From Candidatus Latescibacterota bacterium (GTDB lineage: Bacteria > Latescibacterota > UBA2968 > UBA8231): a stretch of 64,000 bases of DNA. Both the position numbers and the translations under genes were made by a program. Below the pieces are notes generated by a model. That model was given only the letters and a program-made list of their open reading frames with translations, did no database searches and was not told where the DNA came from. Where the stretch lies: assembly GCA_965248265.1 (NCBI GenBank), contig CBDFJF010000002.1, forward strand, positions 2,144,001 to 2,208,000. Direction: 5' to 3'. This document shows positions 48,296 to 58,251 of the stretch, in pieces (positions within the stretch are counted from its first letter, which is position 1; every line of letters begins with the position of its first letter).

Positions 48296-49369
48296 TCAAG
48301 GCAGTCGAGGCAGCACTTCCTCTTTCAGCAATTTCATCGAATGGAGTGACGGTTCCCTTGGCTCCCACTCGTGCCCCATCGCCAGCAGGACCCCGAAACC
48401 ACCGACCTCTTCGTAGATGTCCTGTATCTTCTGGACGACGTCGTCGGGGCTGCCGACAATCCAGACGTTTTCTAGCAGGTACTCCAATGTGACATCGGAA
48501 TCCGGCATGTCTGGATCGGTCTTCATCAGGTCGAGCATCTTGACCTTGGGCAACAGATGTAGGAAGTAGTCGCGGTAGTCTCGGGCAAGCGTGCCACTCA
48601 GCGCCAGTTGCCGCGCTTCTTCAGTCGTGTCTGCGACCACCACCTCGCGGGCGATGCGCCATTGGGACCTGTCGGCGGCGATACCGGCCTCCTCAGCCCC
48701 CTCTTCAACCGCTGCCCAGTGCGTTTCGAGCACCCGCGTCGGCACGATGTTGATGCTCATCGGAATCCAGCCGCGCGCACCGGCCGTCACCAGCGTTCCC
48801 GACTTTACGGTCACGCCCGCTACGCCAATCGGCGGATGCGGCTTCTGGTACGGTTCCAGATGGAAACGCAGCCCGATTTCGTCGTCTTCCTCGGGGACCC
48901 AGAACTTCCAGAACTTGTGCTCGTACAGACCCGGACTCGGATCGCGCCACAGTTTGAGCACCAGTTCGATGGCGTCAGCTGTCATCCCTCGCTGTTCACC
49001 CGTCTTCGGGTCGAACCCGAAGACCTCGAAGTCCCCGGGGAAACCGCCCGAGCCGACGCCCCAGTAGAAGCGCCCGTGGCACATGTGGTCCAATTGTGCA
49101 ATCCGACTGGCAATGACAAACGGATTGTGATTCGGCATGCAGGTGACGCCGGTGCCGAGCACGATGTCGCTTGTCTGGTTGATCGCGCTGGCGATCAGCA
49201 GGTCCGGGGCGGGGATATTCTCCCAAGCAGCGGTAAAGTGCTCTCCGATCCAGGCCTCTTTGAATCCGAGATCATCGAGTATGATGATCTGCTCGAGATC
49301 GTCGTCCAGCCCCTTTGTGTAGTCCGCTCCGGGAGGATGGAGCGGCATGGTAAAGAATCCGAGTTCCAT
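48296..49369 (-). CDS. LLM-class (luciferase-like) flavin-dependent monooxygenase
   Basis: LGFFTMPLHPP, AWIGEHF, HNPFVIASRIAQLDH, PYQKPHPPI, IVGSPDDV. Confidence 0.92.
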   Translation of the reverse strand: MELGFFTMPLHPPGADYTKGLDDDLEQIIILDDLGFKEAWIGEHFTAAWENIPAPDLLIASAINQTSDIVLGTGVTCMPNHNPFVIASRIAQLDHMCHGRFYWGVGSGGFPGDFEVFGFDPKTGEQRGMTADAIELVLKLWRDPSPGLYEHKFWKFWVPEEDDEIGLRFHLEPYQKPHPPIGVAGVTVKSGTLVTAGARGWIPMSINIVPTRVLETHWAAVEEGAEEAGIAADRSQWRIAREVVVADTTEEARQLALSGTLARDYRDYFLHLLPKVKMLDLMKTDPDMPDSDVTLEYLLENVWIVGSPDDVVQKIQDIYEEVGGFGVLLAMGHEWEPREPSLHSMKLLKEEVLPRLP

Positions 49370-49444
49370 GAGTTTACTCCTCGCGCGTACGCACCAAGCT
49401 AGTACCTACATTGGACCGCCACAAGCTGCAAAGCCGCAGTGCGG

Positions 49445-52400
49445 CTAATCGGCGTCGATCTCCATCGAGACCCGGTGGTACGGCACGAGTCGAACCGGCC
49501 CGACCAGGCCGTTGAGATCAATGGCGCCCATGTAGGGCGGTGCGTACCAGCCGCGCCACCCGTAGTGCCACAGGTCGAACCGCCCTTCGACCATGCGCTC
49601 AACACTGGCCTCGGCTCGCCGGTTGGCGTCGGAGTTGGTAACCGCGATCCTCAACCGGTTTGTCCCGGGACGGATCTGCGCGGACACATCCAGCTCGAAA
49701 GGGGCCCACAGTCGGGTGGCCACGAGCTCGCCGTTGAGCCAGACCTCAGCGGTGAGACCCACCGAGCCGAGATCGAGCATGACGTTGCGGCCGGCCAATC
49801 CCGGGTAGAGGTCGAACTCCGTTTCGTAGACCACCTCCCCGGAGTAGTGCGTCAGACCGGTCCAGGTCCAATTGCCGAGCCGGTATTCGGTAGTACCGCT
49901 CTCGAAGATGAGGTAGTCGACGAGGTCCTGATCGGCCGGCATGCACAGGGCGACGCAGTTCGGTCGCTCGAAGTCGAGTTGACCAAAGCTCACCCGCCTC
50001 CTCCCCACATCGGCCTCCGCGAGATTCCCGTTTACGTAGACTCGCAGGTCTTGTGGTTTTTCGGGCACCACGAAGGACGTGGTCCCCGGCGGGATGTCGA
50101 CGCGATACCACCGTTCCCTGCCGCCCGGGCGCGTGAAGCATCCCTCGCGGATCTCGGCGGGCGGAAAGGGTGGGAGAAAACGCATTCTCTCGCGCGGGAC
50201 TCCCCGCTGGCGCCTTTGCAACAGCTCTCGTGGGTCGCCCGGGCGCTCTGCGCTGATCAGTCCGGGAGCCGGGAAGCCCTCTCTATTCGTGAACCGGAAG
50301 ACGAACTGGGAATTGAAGGCAGGAAAGGAGCTCTCGATTTTCAACAGAATTTCGTTCCACCCCTCGTCGAGCCGGACCGACAGCCGTTCGGCAAAGCCGT
50401 CGGTCATCTTGACGAACCCGATCTGGCCGTAGAAACGATACACCTGCTTGCCGTTGACCCAGATCTTGCCATTGCCGAGCTCGAACCGCGCCTGGACCTC
50501 CTGGGCCTGCGGCGAATAGACATACGTCGCCGCGTAGGCGACACCGGGTTGGCCTACGTAGTCGAGAATCTCCCCCACGTTCAACCATGGGTTGCGGCCG
50601 TGCACGTACTGCCACAGCAGCGTCGCGCCGCCGTCCGCACGACAGGGTCGATCCGGATCGAAGTCCTGTTCCGGTGGATAGACCGTGTCGAAGCCGCGGC
50701 CGTTGTCGCTGCGAAAAGGGCCGATGATCCACCAGTTCCGCACCGTGAGGCGCTCCCGCGACAGCCAGGTGAGCGGCCAGGCGCGGTGGTTGTAGGCCGC
50801 GTCGGCAAAACCGGCTGCCACTCCGCGTCCCTCCGCCTCGACCATCTCTGCCGCGTAGCGAATTTCCACCCGCGGCGCCGACGGCGTGAAGCTCCAGCCC
50901 GTGGCCGGAAGCTCTTGAATCGGCGGCTCCTCAATCGGTTTCTCCTGGTTGAACGCTTTGCCGCGCCAGCTGCCCCGGACGAATGCGGTGGTGGCAGTGC
51001 TGATCCGGCCCTCGATCCGTGGACGGTCCCCGCTCACCGTCAGCGAGCAGCACTCGAGATTGGTCTCCTCCAAACGGATCGGTCGGTCTTCTGTGGCATG
51101 CTGAAACACCACGGCGAATCCGTCCCACGGTGCAAACTCCAGGTGGAGGATGGTCCGGCCATCTTCGACCCAGTACAGGGGCTCGCGTCGCTCCCCTGAT
51201 TCTGCATCCCAGATCTCCGGTGTGCCGAGGGCATCAAACGCGGCCCTGATCGAACGGGCATGGCCAGTGTCGCTGGCCAGCCAGTAGATATCCCGGCCCT
51301 CCTTTACTCGGTGACTGTAGAACAGGTGCTCCGACGGCCCCTTCACGACCGCGAAATCCGCCGGCAGAGTCTGCTCGATATGCCTGACAACTTTCTCGCG
51401 TCCTCCGGCGACAAACCAGGCCCTACCGCCGCCGGCATGCTCGATCGCCGCGTCCTCACCGTGATCGGGCGGCACGCCGAAGATCGCTTCCACGTGGTCA
51501 CGTATCTCCGGATCGTTCCAGCCCTCGTCCGAGGAGCCGCGAGGCAGAACACCGTACGCGATGACCGCACCGCCCCCTTCACAGAATCGGCGGATCGTCT
51601 GCATCGATCGGCGGCTGATGATGCTCATCCGCGGCAGCACGACGATCTTGAAGCGGCTCTCGGCGATCTCTAATTCACCGGAGGCGATGGTCGAACGAGA
51701 CAGATAGTGTTCGTCCGCAACCTCGAAGTCGCGCTGGGATTCGACCAGGAGCCTCATCAGCGCTTCGTAGTCGGTTTCCACCAGTTGCACGAAGTTACTG
51801 CCCCGGTCCTGTTCGACGAGTACGGCGTCGACACCGGCGAACTCACCGGATCCTTCGAAGGCGGAGCTCGGCGCACTCACCGCGGCCGCTAGAGGCTTGA
51901 GTAGCAGAATCGGCGCCACGGATGTCCCCGCATCGTTCAAGAAGCCGATCCGCTGCATCAGGTCACCGTACTGATGGAAGAACTTCCAGTGCGGTTGCTC
52001 GGGTCCCCACATCGGATTTCCGTCCAGCATGTTGTAGCGGTCATAGGAGAGCATGGCCGTCTGAAAGGTGACGCCCCATGCGCCCAGCACATTGCCGCCC
52101 GCCCGCATTTTCTGAGGGCTGATAAACGACTCGACGCCCTCCAGCAGTTGGGCCTCGACCCACAACGGCTTGCCTTCGAAGTGGGCGATCGAGGCGACTT
52201 CCTTGAAACCGCGCGGGCTGTGATGCCAGGAGAACAGGTCCTCCATGAACGGGTAGGTCATCGCCCGCTGCGACGCCATGAAGTCCCCGGCGCGTGTTGA
52301 CTCCAGAACCAGGTTGTCCCCCCACGACTGCTGGATCGTCTCGATGCCGTGGCTCTCACACCAATCGGCAATCAGCTGCCAGTAGTTCTCGACGAACAGC

Positions 52401-53290
52401 TCGCTCACGATGCGGAAATAGTCGTTGCGGATCTTCGGCGTGACGGCGCCGCCCTCGTGCATCAAAAGCGGCAGGACCGGCCGCAAATCGTAGCCGCACC
52501 GCTTGTGAAAAGTCTCGAAGAAGAGTGGGCTCCACGCGATCGGTCCGCCGAAGCTGCCTTCCGAATCGAGCAGGGCGTACTTGAAGGTCGTGCCCGCATG
52601 GTCGGGAAAGCGACGGACCAGCTCCCCCAGGGTAAGATCGATATAGCGGCGGGTCGCATCCGGATTGAGCGGATCGACCCGCATGTTGATGGGGCCCAGA
52701 TAATCGATGGGATGGTAGAAGCTGAGGAGCCACTCGCCCTCCCCCAGCTCGGTTGCGAAGTCTTCACCCTCGAGCGCCGACGACAAGTCCTGCAGGCTCT
52801 CAGCATCGAGCTCGCCGTTTGCCCTCACCCGCCCCGCGACGGCTATGACGCAGGAGTCCGGCAGCCCCCGAATCAACGCCCGGCCCGGTCCGCTGAATCG
52901 TCGCTCGATCAGTTGCAGACGCTGGAGCCGGTATTCCGGATGGCCTTCCAGCACCCGGCTCGGATCCGGTGGGTCCATGCGTACATCCCGGGCATCTCCC
53001 TGAGGATGGAAGAAGTCGGGCACCATGCCGAGAGCCACGTCTGTGCGCCTGGCGTGATCGAGAAAGATGGCCCACAACTCCCACCATTCCTCGCTCAGGA
53101 AGTGAGGACGCATTCCGTGGGCGGGATAGACGATGACGGTGCCGATGCCCTGTTGGCGGAAGTCGTCGAGCTGCCGTTTGCCTTCGTCTGCTTCGATCGT
53201 CGTCGACCACCACCATAACATGCTCGGCCGGTACCTTTGTGGCGGCGATCGAAACGAATCAAAGAGCTTGTCGCTGCTTTGCACGATCAA
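49445..53290 (-). CDS. Large glycoside hydrolase, GH106-like, with inserted jelly-roll and GH2-type C-terminal sugar-binding domains
   Basis: FRSPP..YRP..WWW, FLSEEWW, GYDLRP.LP, KEVASIAH, LDLGSV...EVWLNG...PGTNRLRIAVTN. Confidence 0.78.
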   Translation of the reverse strand: MIVQSSDKLFDSFRSPPQRYRPSMLWWWSTTIEADEGKRQLDDFRQQGIGTVIVYPAHGMRPHFLSEEWWELWAIFLDHARRTDVALGMVPDFFHPQGDARDVRMDPPDPSRVLEGHPEYRLQRLQLIERRFSGPGRALIRGLPDSCVIAVAGRVRANGELDAESLQDLSSALEGEDFATELGEGEWLLSFYHPIDYLGPINMRVDPLNPDATRRYIDLTLGELVRRFPDHAGTTFKYALLDSEGSFGGPIAWSPLFFETFHKRCGYDLRPVLPLLMHEGGAVTPKIRNDYFRIVSELFVENYWQLIADWCESHGIETIQQSWGDNLVLESTRAGDFMASQRAMTYPFMEDLFSWHHSPRGFKEVASIAHFEGKPLWVEAQLLEGVESFISPQKMRAGGNVLGAWGVTFQTAMLSYDRYNMLDGNPMWGPEQPHWKFFHQYGDLMQRIGFLNDAGTSVAPILLLKPLAAAVSAPSSAFEGSGEFAGVDAVLVEQDRGSNFVQLVETDYEALMRLLVESQRDFEVADEHYLSRSTIASGELEIAESRFKIVVLPRMSIISRRSMQTIRRFCEGGGAVIAYGVLPRGSSDEGWNDPEIRDHVEAIFGVPPDHGEDAAIEHAGGGRAWFVAGGREKVVRHIEQTLPADFAVVKGPSEHLFYSHRVKEGRDIYWLASDTGHARSIRAAFDALGTPEIWDAESGERREPLYWVEDGRTILHLEFAPWDGFAVVFQHATEDRPIRLEETNLECCSLTVSGDRPRIEGRISTATTAFVRGSWRGKAFNQEKPIEEPPIQELPATGWSFTPSAPRVEIRYAAEMVEAEGRGVAAGFADAAYNHRAWPLTWLSRERLTVRNWWIIGPFRSDNGRGFDTVYPPEQDFDPDRPCRADGGATLLWQYVHGRNPWLNVGEILDYVGQPGVAYAATYVYSPQAQEVQARFELGNGKIWVNGKQVYRFYGQIGFVKMTDGFAERLSVRLDEGWNEILLKIESSFPAFNSQFVFRFTNREGFPAPGLISAERPGDPRELLQRRQRGVPRERMRFLPPFPPAEIREGCFTRPGGRERWYRVDIPPGTTSFVVPEKPQDLRVYVNGNLAEADVGRRRVSFGQLDFERPNCVALCMPADQDLVDYLIFESGTTEYRLGNWTWTGLTHYSGEVVYETEFDLYPGLAGRNVMLDLGSVGLTAEVWLNGELVATRLWAPFELDVSAQIRPGTNRLRIAVTNSDANRRAEASVERMVEGRFDLWHYGWRGWYAPPYMGAIDLNGLVGPVRLVPYHRVSMEIDAD

Positions 53291-53338
53291 TGCTTGCGCT
53301 GTGCTCGTCGGGAAGACTCGGGTAGTCGAGCCGGCAGG

Positions 53339-53522
53339 TCACTTAGGGAAATCTGTCGTGTCCAGACAGACCGCGAACTCGCCCTCTGCGTCGGCGTACA
53401 TCGCTCGGCGGACACGCCGTTGCGATCAGGACCGAGCCATTGCGGCCAGTCAGCTGCCGGCGTGTGCGCAGCACCGAAGAGAATGGCCGCACAAACGGCG
53501 AGAATGGCTCTTTTTTGTACAC
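53339..53522 (-). pseudogene. Remnant of a PQQ-like beta-propeller (BamB-like) gene
   Basis: KRAILAVCAAILFGAAHTPAADWPQWLGPDRNGVSAE, then in another frame MYADAEGEFAVCLDT and a stop. Confidence 0.72.
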
Positions 53523-53635
53523 GAAGATAGTGGTTCTATGAGAGCGATTGTCAAGAGCAGACTTCGCCCTTTTTGATGACCCAGCCGTTTTTTTTGGGCA
53601 ATCAGCCCTGACTTCTTACCCGAGAGTCCCGTTTA

Positions 53636-53693
53636 TTGCAATTCCCCACTCCGTGCAGTATGGTTTCGTCGTGAAATCTGGAGGTTTCCAGAT
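53636..53693 (+). promoter_or_regulatory. Sigma70-like promoter with downstream inverted repeat
   Basis: TTGCAA-17-TATGGT; ATCTGGA-N4-TCCAGAT at 53676-53693. Confidence 0.5.
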
Positions 53694-53735
53694 GATCGTT
53701 GATAAGCCTAAACGTGCACACGAGGAGGGTCTTAC

Positions 53736-54620
53736 GTGGGTGAGAGTATCTACCTGAAGTGGCCGGCATGCGGCGCCTTTGAGATCAAACTCGGCGATGT
53801 CAACGTCGCCGTGGACCCGTACCTGTTCGGTCCAGCCCTGGAGGCGGCCGAGCCCATCTTCGACTACATCTTCATCAGCCACGAACACTTCGATCACTGC
53901 CATCCCAAAACGCTCTTGAAACTGTGCCGCGGCGACCGCTTCAAGAAGCTGTTCGTCAACATCGGCTGTCTGACCCCCAACGAGCCGGTCGACGAGAACT
54001 ACGGTGACGCCGCTTTCGCCCGCGACCTGCCGATCACCAAGCACATCCCCGCCGACAAGGTGCAGGCCATCTACCCGAAGTACTGCGACGACGACGATCG
54101 CAGCTGGCCCGGGCCGTTTGAGGTCGACCTGGGACCCATCCACGTCGAAGCGATAGAGAGCGGCGAGCAGGCGAGCCCCGATCTGGTTACCTGTGGCTAT
54201 CTGATCACCCACAAAGAGAAGGGGATTTCATTCTACCACACCGGCGATCTCCACAAGTCCTTTCCCTCGATGGAGAAGCTGCGGGGACGGGTCGACTTCC
54301 TCATCCACATGAAGACTTACGACCGGCGGCCCGGTGAGTTTGCCCGCTGGCTCGAGATGATACAACCTCGCTGCCTGATCCCGACTCACTATAGAACTGA
54401 CAGAGAAAGCGAGCCGGTCCCGGCCGGACATTGGCCGCCGAACCTCACCGATGTGAACGCCTATCTTGAAGATTTGCGACAGCACCTGCCTGATGGTGTA
54501 CGTCTGTTGCCGTTTACTGCTGGAGTCGAGTACGAAATCGAACTACCCGGAATGCAGGTAAGGTGGAATTGGGAGTGGTACAATTCCTGGACCGTACCGC
54601 TGTGGCGTGAGGAGGACTAA
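53736..54620 (+). CDS. MBL-fold metallohydrolase (UlaG-like)
   Basis: VDPYL, ISHEHFDHC, FYHTGD, LIPTHY; SD GAGGAGG. Confidence 0.85.
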   Translation: MGESIYLKWPACGAFEIKLGDVNVAVDPYLFGPALEAAEPIFDYIFISHEHFDHCHPKTLLKLCRGDRFKKLFVNIGCLTPNEPVDENYGDAAFARDLPITKHIPADKVQAIYPKYCDDDDRSWPGPFEVDLGPIHVEAIESGEQASPDLVTCGYLITHKEKGISFYHTGDLHKSFPSMEKLRGRVDFLIHMKTYDRRPGEFARWLEMIQPRCLIPTHYRTDRESEPVPAGHWPPNLTDVNAYLEDLRQHLPDGVRLLPFTAGVEYEIELPGMQVRWNWEWYNSWTVPLWREED

Positions 54621-54672
54621 GACCTCTGATTGGCGGGAAGTGCCTGCGGTTCAGAGGGAAAGAGATGGTGAA

Positions 54673-56049
54673 ATGATGAAAACTGAACAAACTCTTCTGT
54701 CTTCGCGCGGATGCCAAACTGCGACGTTCGGAACGGGCAACAAGATCATCACTCACGGGGGAAAGAGGCACGTAGCATGGCTGGATTCTACTGAAGAAGG
54801 CTACTTTGCCAGGATTCGGACGTTGGATCAAAAGAGCGGCGAGTGGTCCGAGACGTACACTTTGGGAGAAGCGAGTGACGATCACGGTCGTCCGGCGCTG
54901 ACGATGGATAGCAAGGGGTATCTGCATGCGGTTTATGGGATACACTGGGATGAAGTTCCGTACCGGCGGTCGGTGAGACCGAATGACGCCTCTGAATGGA
55001 CGGAGCCGGTCATCTTTGGTGTGGATATGACCTACCCTTCGTTTCTCTGCGGATTTGATGACACACTGTATCTGACGGGGCGTTCGAAGTGGGGAGGGGA
55101 GAGGATGTTTGCCAAGCCGGAGGGAAAGGGATGGGAGGATCGGGGGCTAATCATCCGGACGAGAGACGACTGCTTCAGCTATGTGGGTTTTCAGACAGGA
55201 CTGGTGTGGGGGCCGGATCATCGCACGCTGCATCTGGCCTGTGAGACGTACCAGAGCAAGACCGAGCAGACGAACCTTTGGGGCACAATACAGTCGGCCA
55301 ACTACATGGTTTCGAGGGATCTTGGGAAGAGCTGGGAGGGTGCGGACGGCAGGTCGATCGAGACGCCGGCGACTTCCGAGACCATGGATGTGCTTGCTGC
55401 AGGTGAGAGTTGCTATCCGAAGCCGGGGATACGGAACTCTGGAGCGATTGTAGTCGACTCTGAGGGGAAGCCGTATGTCCTGTACATGCGCTACAACATG
55501 CCGTCGCAGCCGGGGCAGGTATTTCTCGTAACGCCTGATGAGGGAGGTGTGTGGCGGCAGCTGCCGATACAGGCTGCGATGGATGAGTGCTGGCCTGGAA
55601 AAGCCGTGGTAGACATTCGTGCCGGTTTCAGCATCACCGATGACGATGTGATATGTGTTGCGATGACGGTCATTCCGCGTGAGCATGGGGTGGCGGAAGA
55701 AGAGAAAGCGTCATGGGAGGCGGGCACGGGCTATTCCACGAATGCAGAAAATGCCCGGTATAGCTTCGAGTCGGCCGGCGTCTGGGACAGAGAGTTTCCG
55801 AATAAGCGAGAGATCGCCTGGTTGGAGTCGCATGACAGAGGAAGGACATTCGAAGCCAGAAGTGTGATCGAGCCAGATCCGGAAGCATTACAGAATCAGC
55901 CGAGTCTGGAAAGGCCTACGGGTTTCAACCGGATTCCTGCCGGCAGTTATCCCGGTCTCATTTATTTTCTCGGGGAGCGTAGAAACCCGCGCGAAAACGA
56001 GGTCATCGACAACGACGTTTTTTGGGTCGATGTAGGGGCGGTGCGCTAA
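54673..56049 (+). CDS. BNR-4 repeat / sialidase-like beta-propeller protein
   Basis: DDHGRPALTMDSKGYLH, TYP, Asp-boxes SRDLGKSW and SHDRGRTF. Confidence 0.8.
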   Translation: MMKTEQTLLSSRGCQTATFGTGNKIITHGGKRHVAWLDSTEEGYFARIRTLDQKSGEWSETYTLGEASDDHGRPALTMDSKGYLHAVYGIHWDEVPYRRSVRPNDASEWTEPVIFGVDMTYPSFLCGFDDTLYLTGRSKWGGERMFAKPEGKGWEDRGLIIRTRDDCFSYVGFQTGLVWGPDHRTLHLACETYQSKTEQTNLWGTIQSANYMVSRDLGKSWEGADGRSIETPATSETMDVLAAGESCYPKPGIRNSGAIVVDSEGKPYVLYMRYNMPSQPGQVFLVTPDEGGVWRQLPIQAAMDECWPGKAVVDIRAGFSITDDDVICVAMTVIPREHGVAEEEKASWEAGTGYSTNAENARYSFESAGVWDREFPNKREIAWLESHDRGRTFEARSVIEPDPEALQNQPSLERPTGFNRIPAGSYPGLIYFLGERRNPRENEVIDNDVFWVDVGAVR

Positions 56050-56160
56050 CCGAGCCGCAGCACTCACCCATGACCTCCGAATACGGCTTCTTCGTCGACA
56101 GCCTCGTCGCGGGGCTTCCTGCAAACGCTGCGGTGCGGACAATACAAGGGAGGATACAGA

Positions 56161-58125
56161 TTGCATTACGTGGCGAACCGTTTACCGCTACAGCAGACCC
56201 GATTCGTACATCTTCCCCTGGGGGCTACTCGACCGGAAGGATGGCTTCGTCATCAATTGCTGATCCAGGCCGATGGGTTGAGCGGATATGTGTACAGCGC
56301 CTTCGATGCGCCTACCTGGGCTGACCGGAGCAATTACGAGGAAGGGATTGTGGCCCTGGCCTATGTTCTCAATGATCAAAGACTGGAGCAAATAGCAAAG
56401 GCCATTGTAGATCGGGTGTTGGCATCCCCCCCGCGACCACAGGGCATGAATGTCTGCTACCAGCATCGCATGCGCATGCTTATTGAGTACCACGAGGCCA
56501 CTAGTGATGTCCGTGTTATTCTGTGGTTGACCTCGTACTTTGAGGAGATTGCCGACACACCACTCTCAAGGCAGGAGATGGCGTATGGCGGAGACAAGGA
56601 CCGAGCCGGCGAACATTTGATTCCTGCCTACTGGCTGTACAACCGCACGGGGAACCCGAAAATACTGGAGGCCATTCGCGTTAATTTCAGATCAGAAGTA
56701 GGTCTGGATAATATCGAGAGAGCTGTGGAGAGCTTCCTGAGTCCAGGACGCCGGTCCGACTTCTGGAATAACCACAGTGTTACCCTTGCCCAGGCGATAA
56801 AGTTTCCGGGACTTCTGTACCAACAGTTCCCGGAGACTCGCTACGAGGAAGCGGTCTTTCACGGCATTGACATACTGGACCAATATTGCGGGCAGGTCGG
56901 AGGGCGATATGCCGGCCATGAACACTTGCCGGAAAGCAATGGCCACTCTCCTGCCAACGGCACCGAGTTGTGCACTGTCGCAGAGCAGATGTACTCGATG
57001 CAACGGCTGTTTGAGATTTATGGTGACGTCAGGCTGGCAGACCGCATCGAATACCTGATGTTCAACTCCCATCCAGGCACCTGCACGCCGGACATGTGGA
57101 CGCATCAATATGATCAGCAGGCCAATCAGGTTTCGGTGAGTGTAGCCGAGCGTGTCTTTGACAACAGTGACACCGCCAATATCTATGGTTTGGTTCCCCA
57201 CTATCCATGTTGTCTGTCCAACATGCACCAAAGCTGGCCGCGATTTGTCGAATACCTGTGGATGGCCACGCACGACAACGGATTGGCAACGGTCGCCTAC
57301 GCCCCCAGTCGAGTCACGGCCAAAGCAGGCACCGACGGCGACGTGGTCACAATAATCGAGGAAACGGACTACCCCTTCGGAGGAGAGATCCTCTTCAGGC
57401 TGAAGATGGTCAAGCCCGTGGTATTCCCCCTGCACCTTCGAATTCCGAGCTGGGCGCACGGAACCACCATCGTCGTCGATGAAGAGGAAGTCCATCCTAA
57501 AGCCGGCAGCATTTATGCTCTAAAACGGTCGTGGCGGAACGACGATGTTGTCAGGCTCGTCTTTCCGATGAAGGTGAGAGTTGAAGAGCGGCATAGAAGG
57601 GCCGTTTCGATCCTCCGAGGGCCCCTCTATTTCTGTCTGCGAATAGGCCAGGAGTACCGTGAGTGCGCACATCACGCCAGGTTGATCCGAGAACAGACGG
57701 GGTTTCCAGTGTATGACTGGGAGATTCACCCGACGACGCCGTGGAACTACGGGTTGATTGTCGATTGCCGGCATCCGGAGCGTTCAATCGAAGTCGTAAC
57801 TCACGAAGTCGCTCGTGTCCCGTTTGCCCAGAGAGGGGAGCCGCTTTTTAGAAGGGAAGATCCAGATACGCTGCCGAACTCAGCGGCGTGTGTTCATAGA
57901 CCGATGCCGGCCATCGCTTTCAGGAGGGTCGAATGCCAGCACAAAGAGCCGGTGATCTTGAAGGTCAAAGGTCGCCTGATTCCCAGTTGGAAAATGGCGA
58001 GCGCGAGCGCCGCTGATCCACCGGAATCTCCGGTTCAGTCTGACCAGCCGATTGAGGATCTCGAGTTGATTCCGTATGGCTGCACGCGGTTGAGGATCTC
58101 GGAGTTCCCGGTTACTGTCAACTGA
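56161..58125 (+). CDS. GH127-like beta-L-arabinofuranosidase domain protein
   Basis: LPLG..RPEGWL, GTELCTVAE, YDQQANQ, YPCC.SNMHQ.WP, ETDYPF, LRIPSW, LIPYGCTRLRISEFP. Confidence 0.88.
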   Translation: MHYVANRLPLQQTRFVHLPLGATRPEGWLRHQLLIQADGLSGYVYSAFDAPTWADRSNYEEGIVALAYVLNDQRLEQIAKAIVDRVLASPPRPQGMNVCYQHRMRMLIEYHEATSDVRVILWLTSYFEEIADTPLSRQEMAYGGDKDRAGEHLIPAYWLYNRTGNPKILEAIRVNFRSEVGLDNIERAVESFLSPGRRSDFWNNHSVTLAQAIKFPGLLYQQFPETRYEEAVFHGIDILDQYCGQVGGRYAGHEHLPESNGHSPANGTELCTVAEQMYSMQRLFEIYGDVRLADRIEYLMFNSHPGTCTPDMWTHQYDQQANQVSVSVAERVFDNSDTANIYGLVPHYPCCLSNMHQSWPRFVEYLWMATHDNGLATVAYAPSRVTAKAGTDGDVVTIIEETDYPFGGEILFRLKMVKPVVFPLHLRIPSWAHGTTIVVDEEEVHPKAGSIYALKRSWRNDDVVRLVFPMKVRVEERHRRAVSILRGPLYFCLRIGQEYRECAHHARLIREQTGFPVYDWEIHPTTPWNYGLIVDCRHPERSIEVVTHEVARVPFAQRGEPLFRREDPDTLPNSAACVHRPMPAIAFRRVECQHKEPVILKVKGRLIPSWKMASASAADPPESPVQSDQPIEDLELIPYGCTRLRISEFPVTVN

Positions 58126-58251
58126 AACGTGGTCGACTTCCGCCACGCTGTAACACCTTGAGGATCTGAGTCACCTGCACGAGCTCCTCAACAAGAATCC
58201 GGTTCTGATGATAAACGGCATTGGGGACATCCATTTAACTCACCATAGCCA

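Noticed and set aside
47547-48368. Long N-terminal extension of the CMD ORF (381 aa)
   Set aside because: Overlaps the VOC gene antisense; a good SD and ATG exist at 47546
49439-51199. 586-aa plus-strand ORF (also 34391..36256, 26508..28049, 4600..5817 and similar)
   Set aside because: Antisense shadows of well-supported genes, expected in GC-rich DNA; no recognisable motifs
53524-53554. Minus-strand TTGACA...TATCTT promoter
   Set aside because: 19-bp spacer and too close to the stub's start; not supportable
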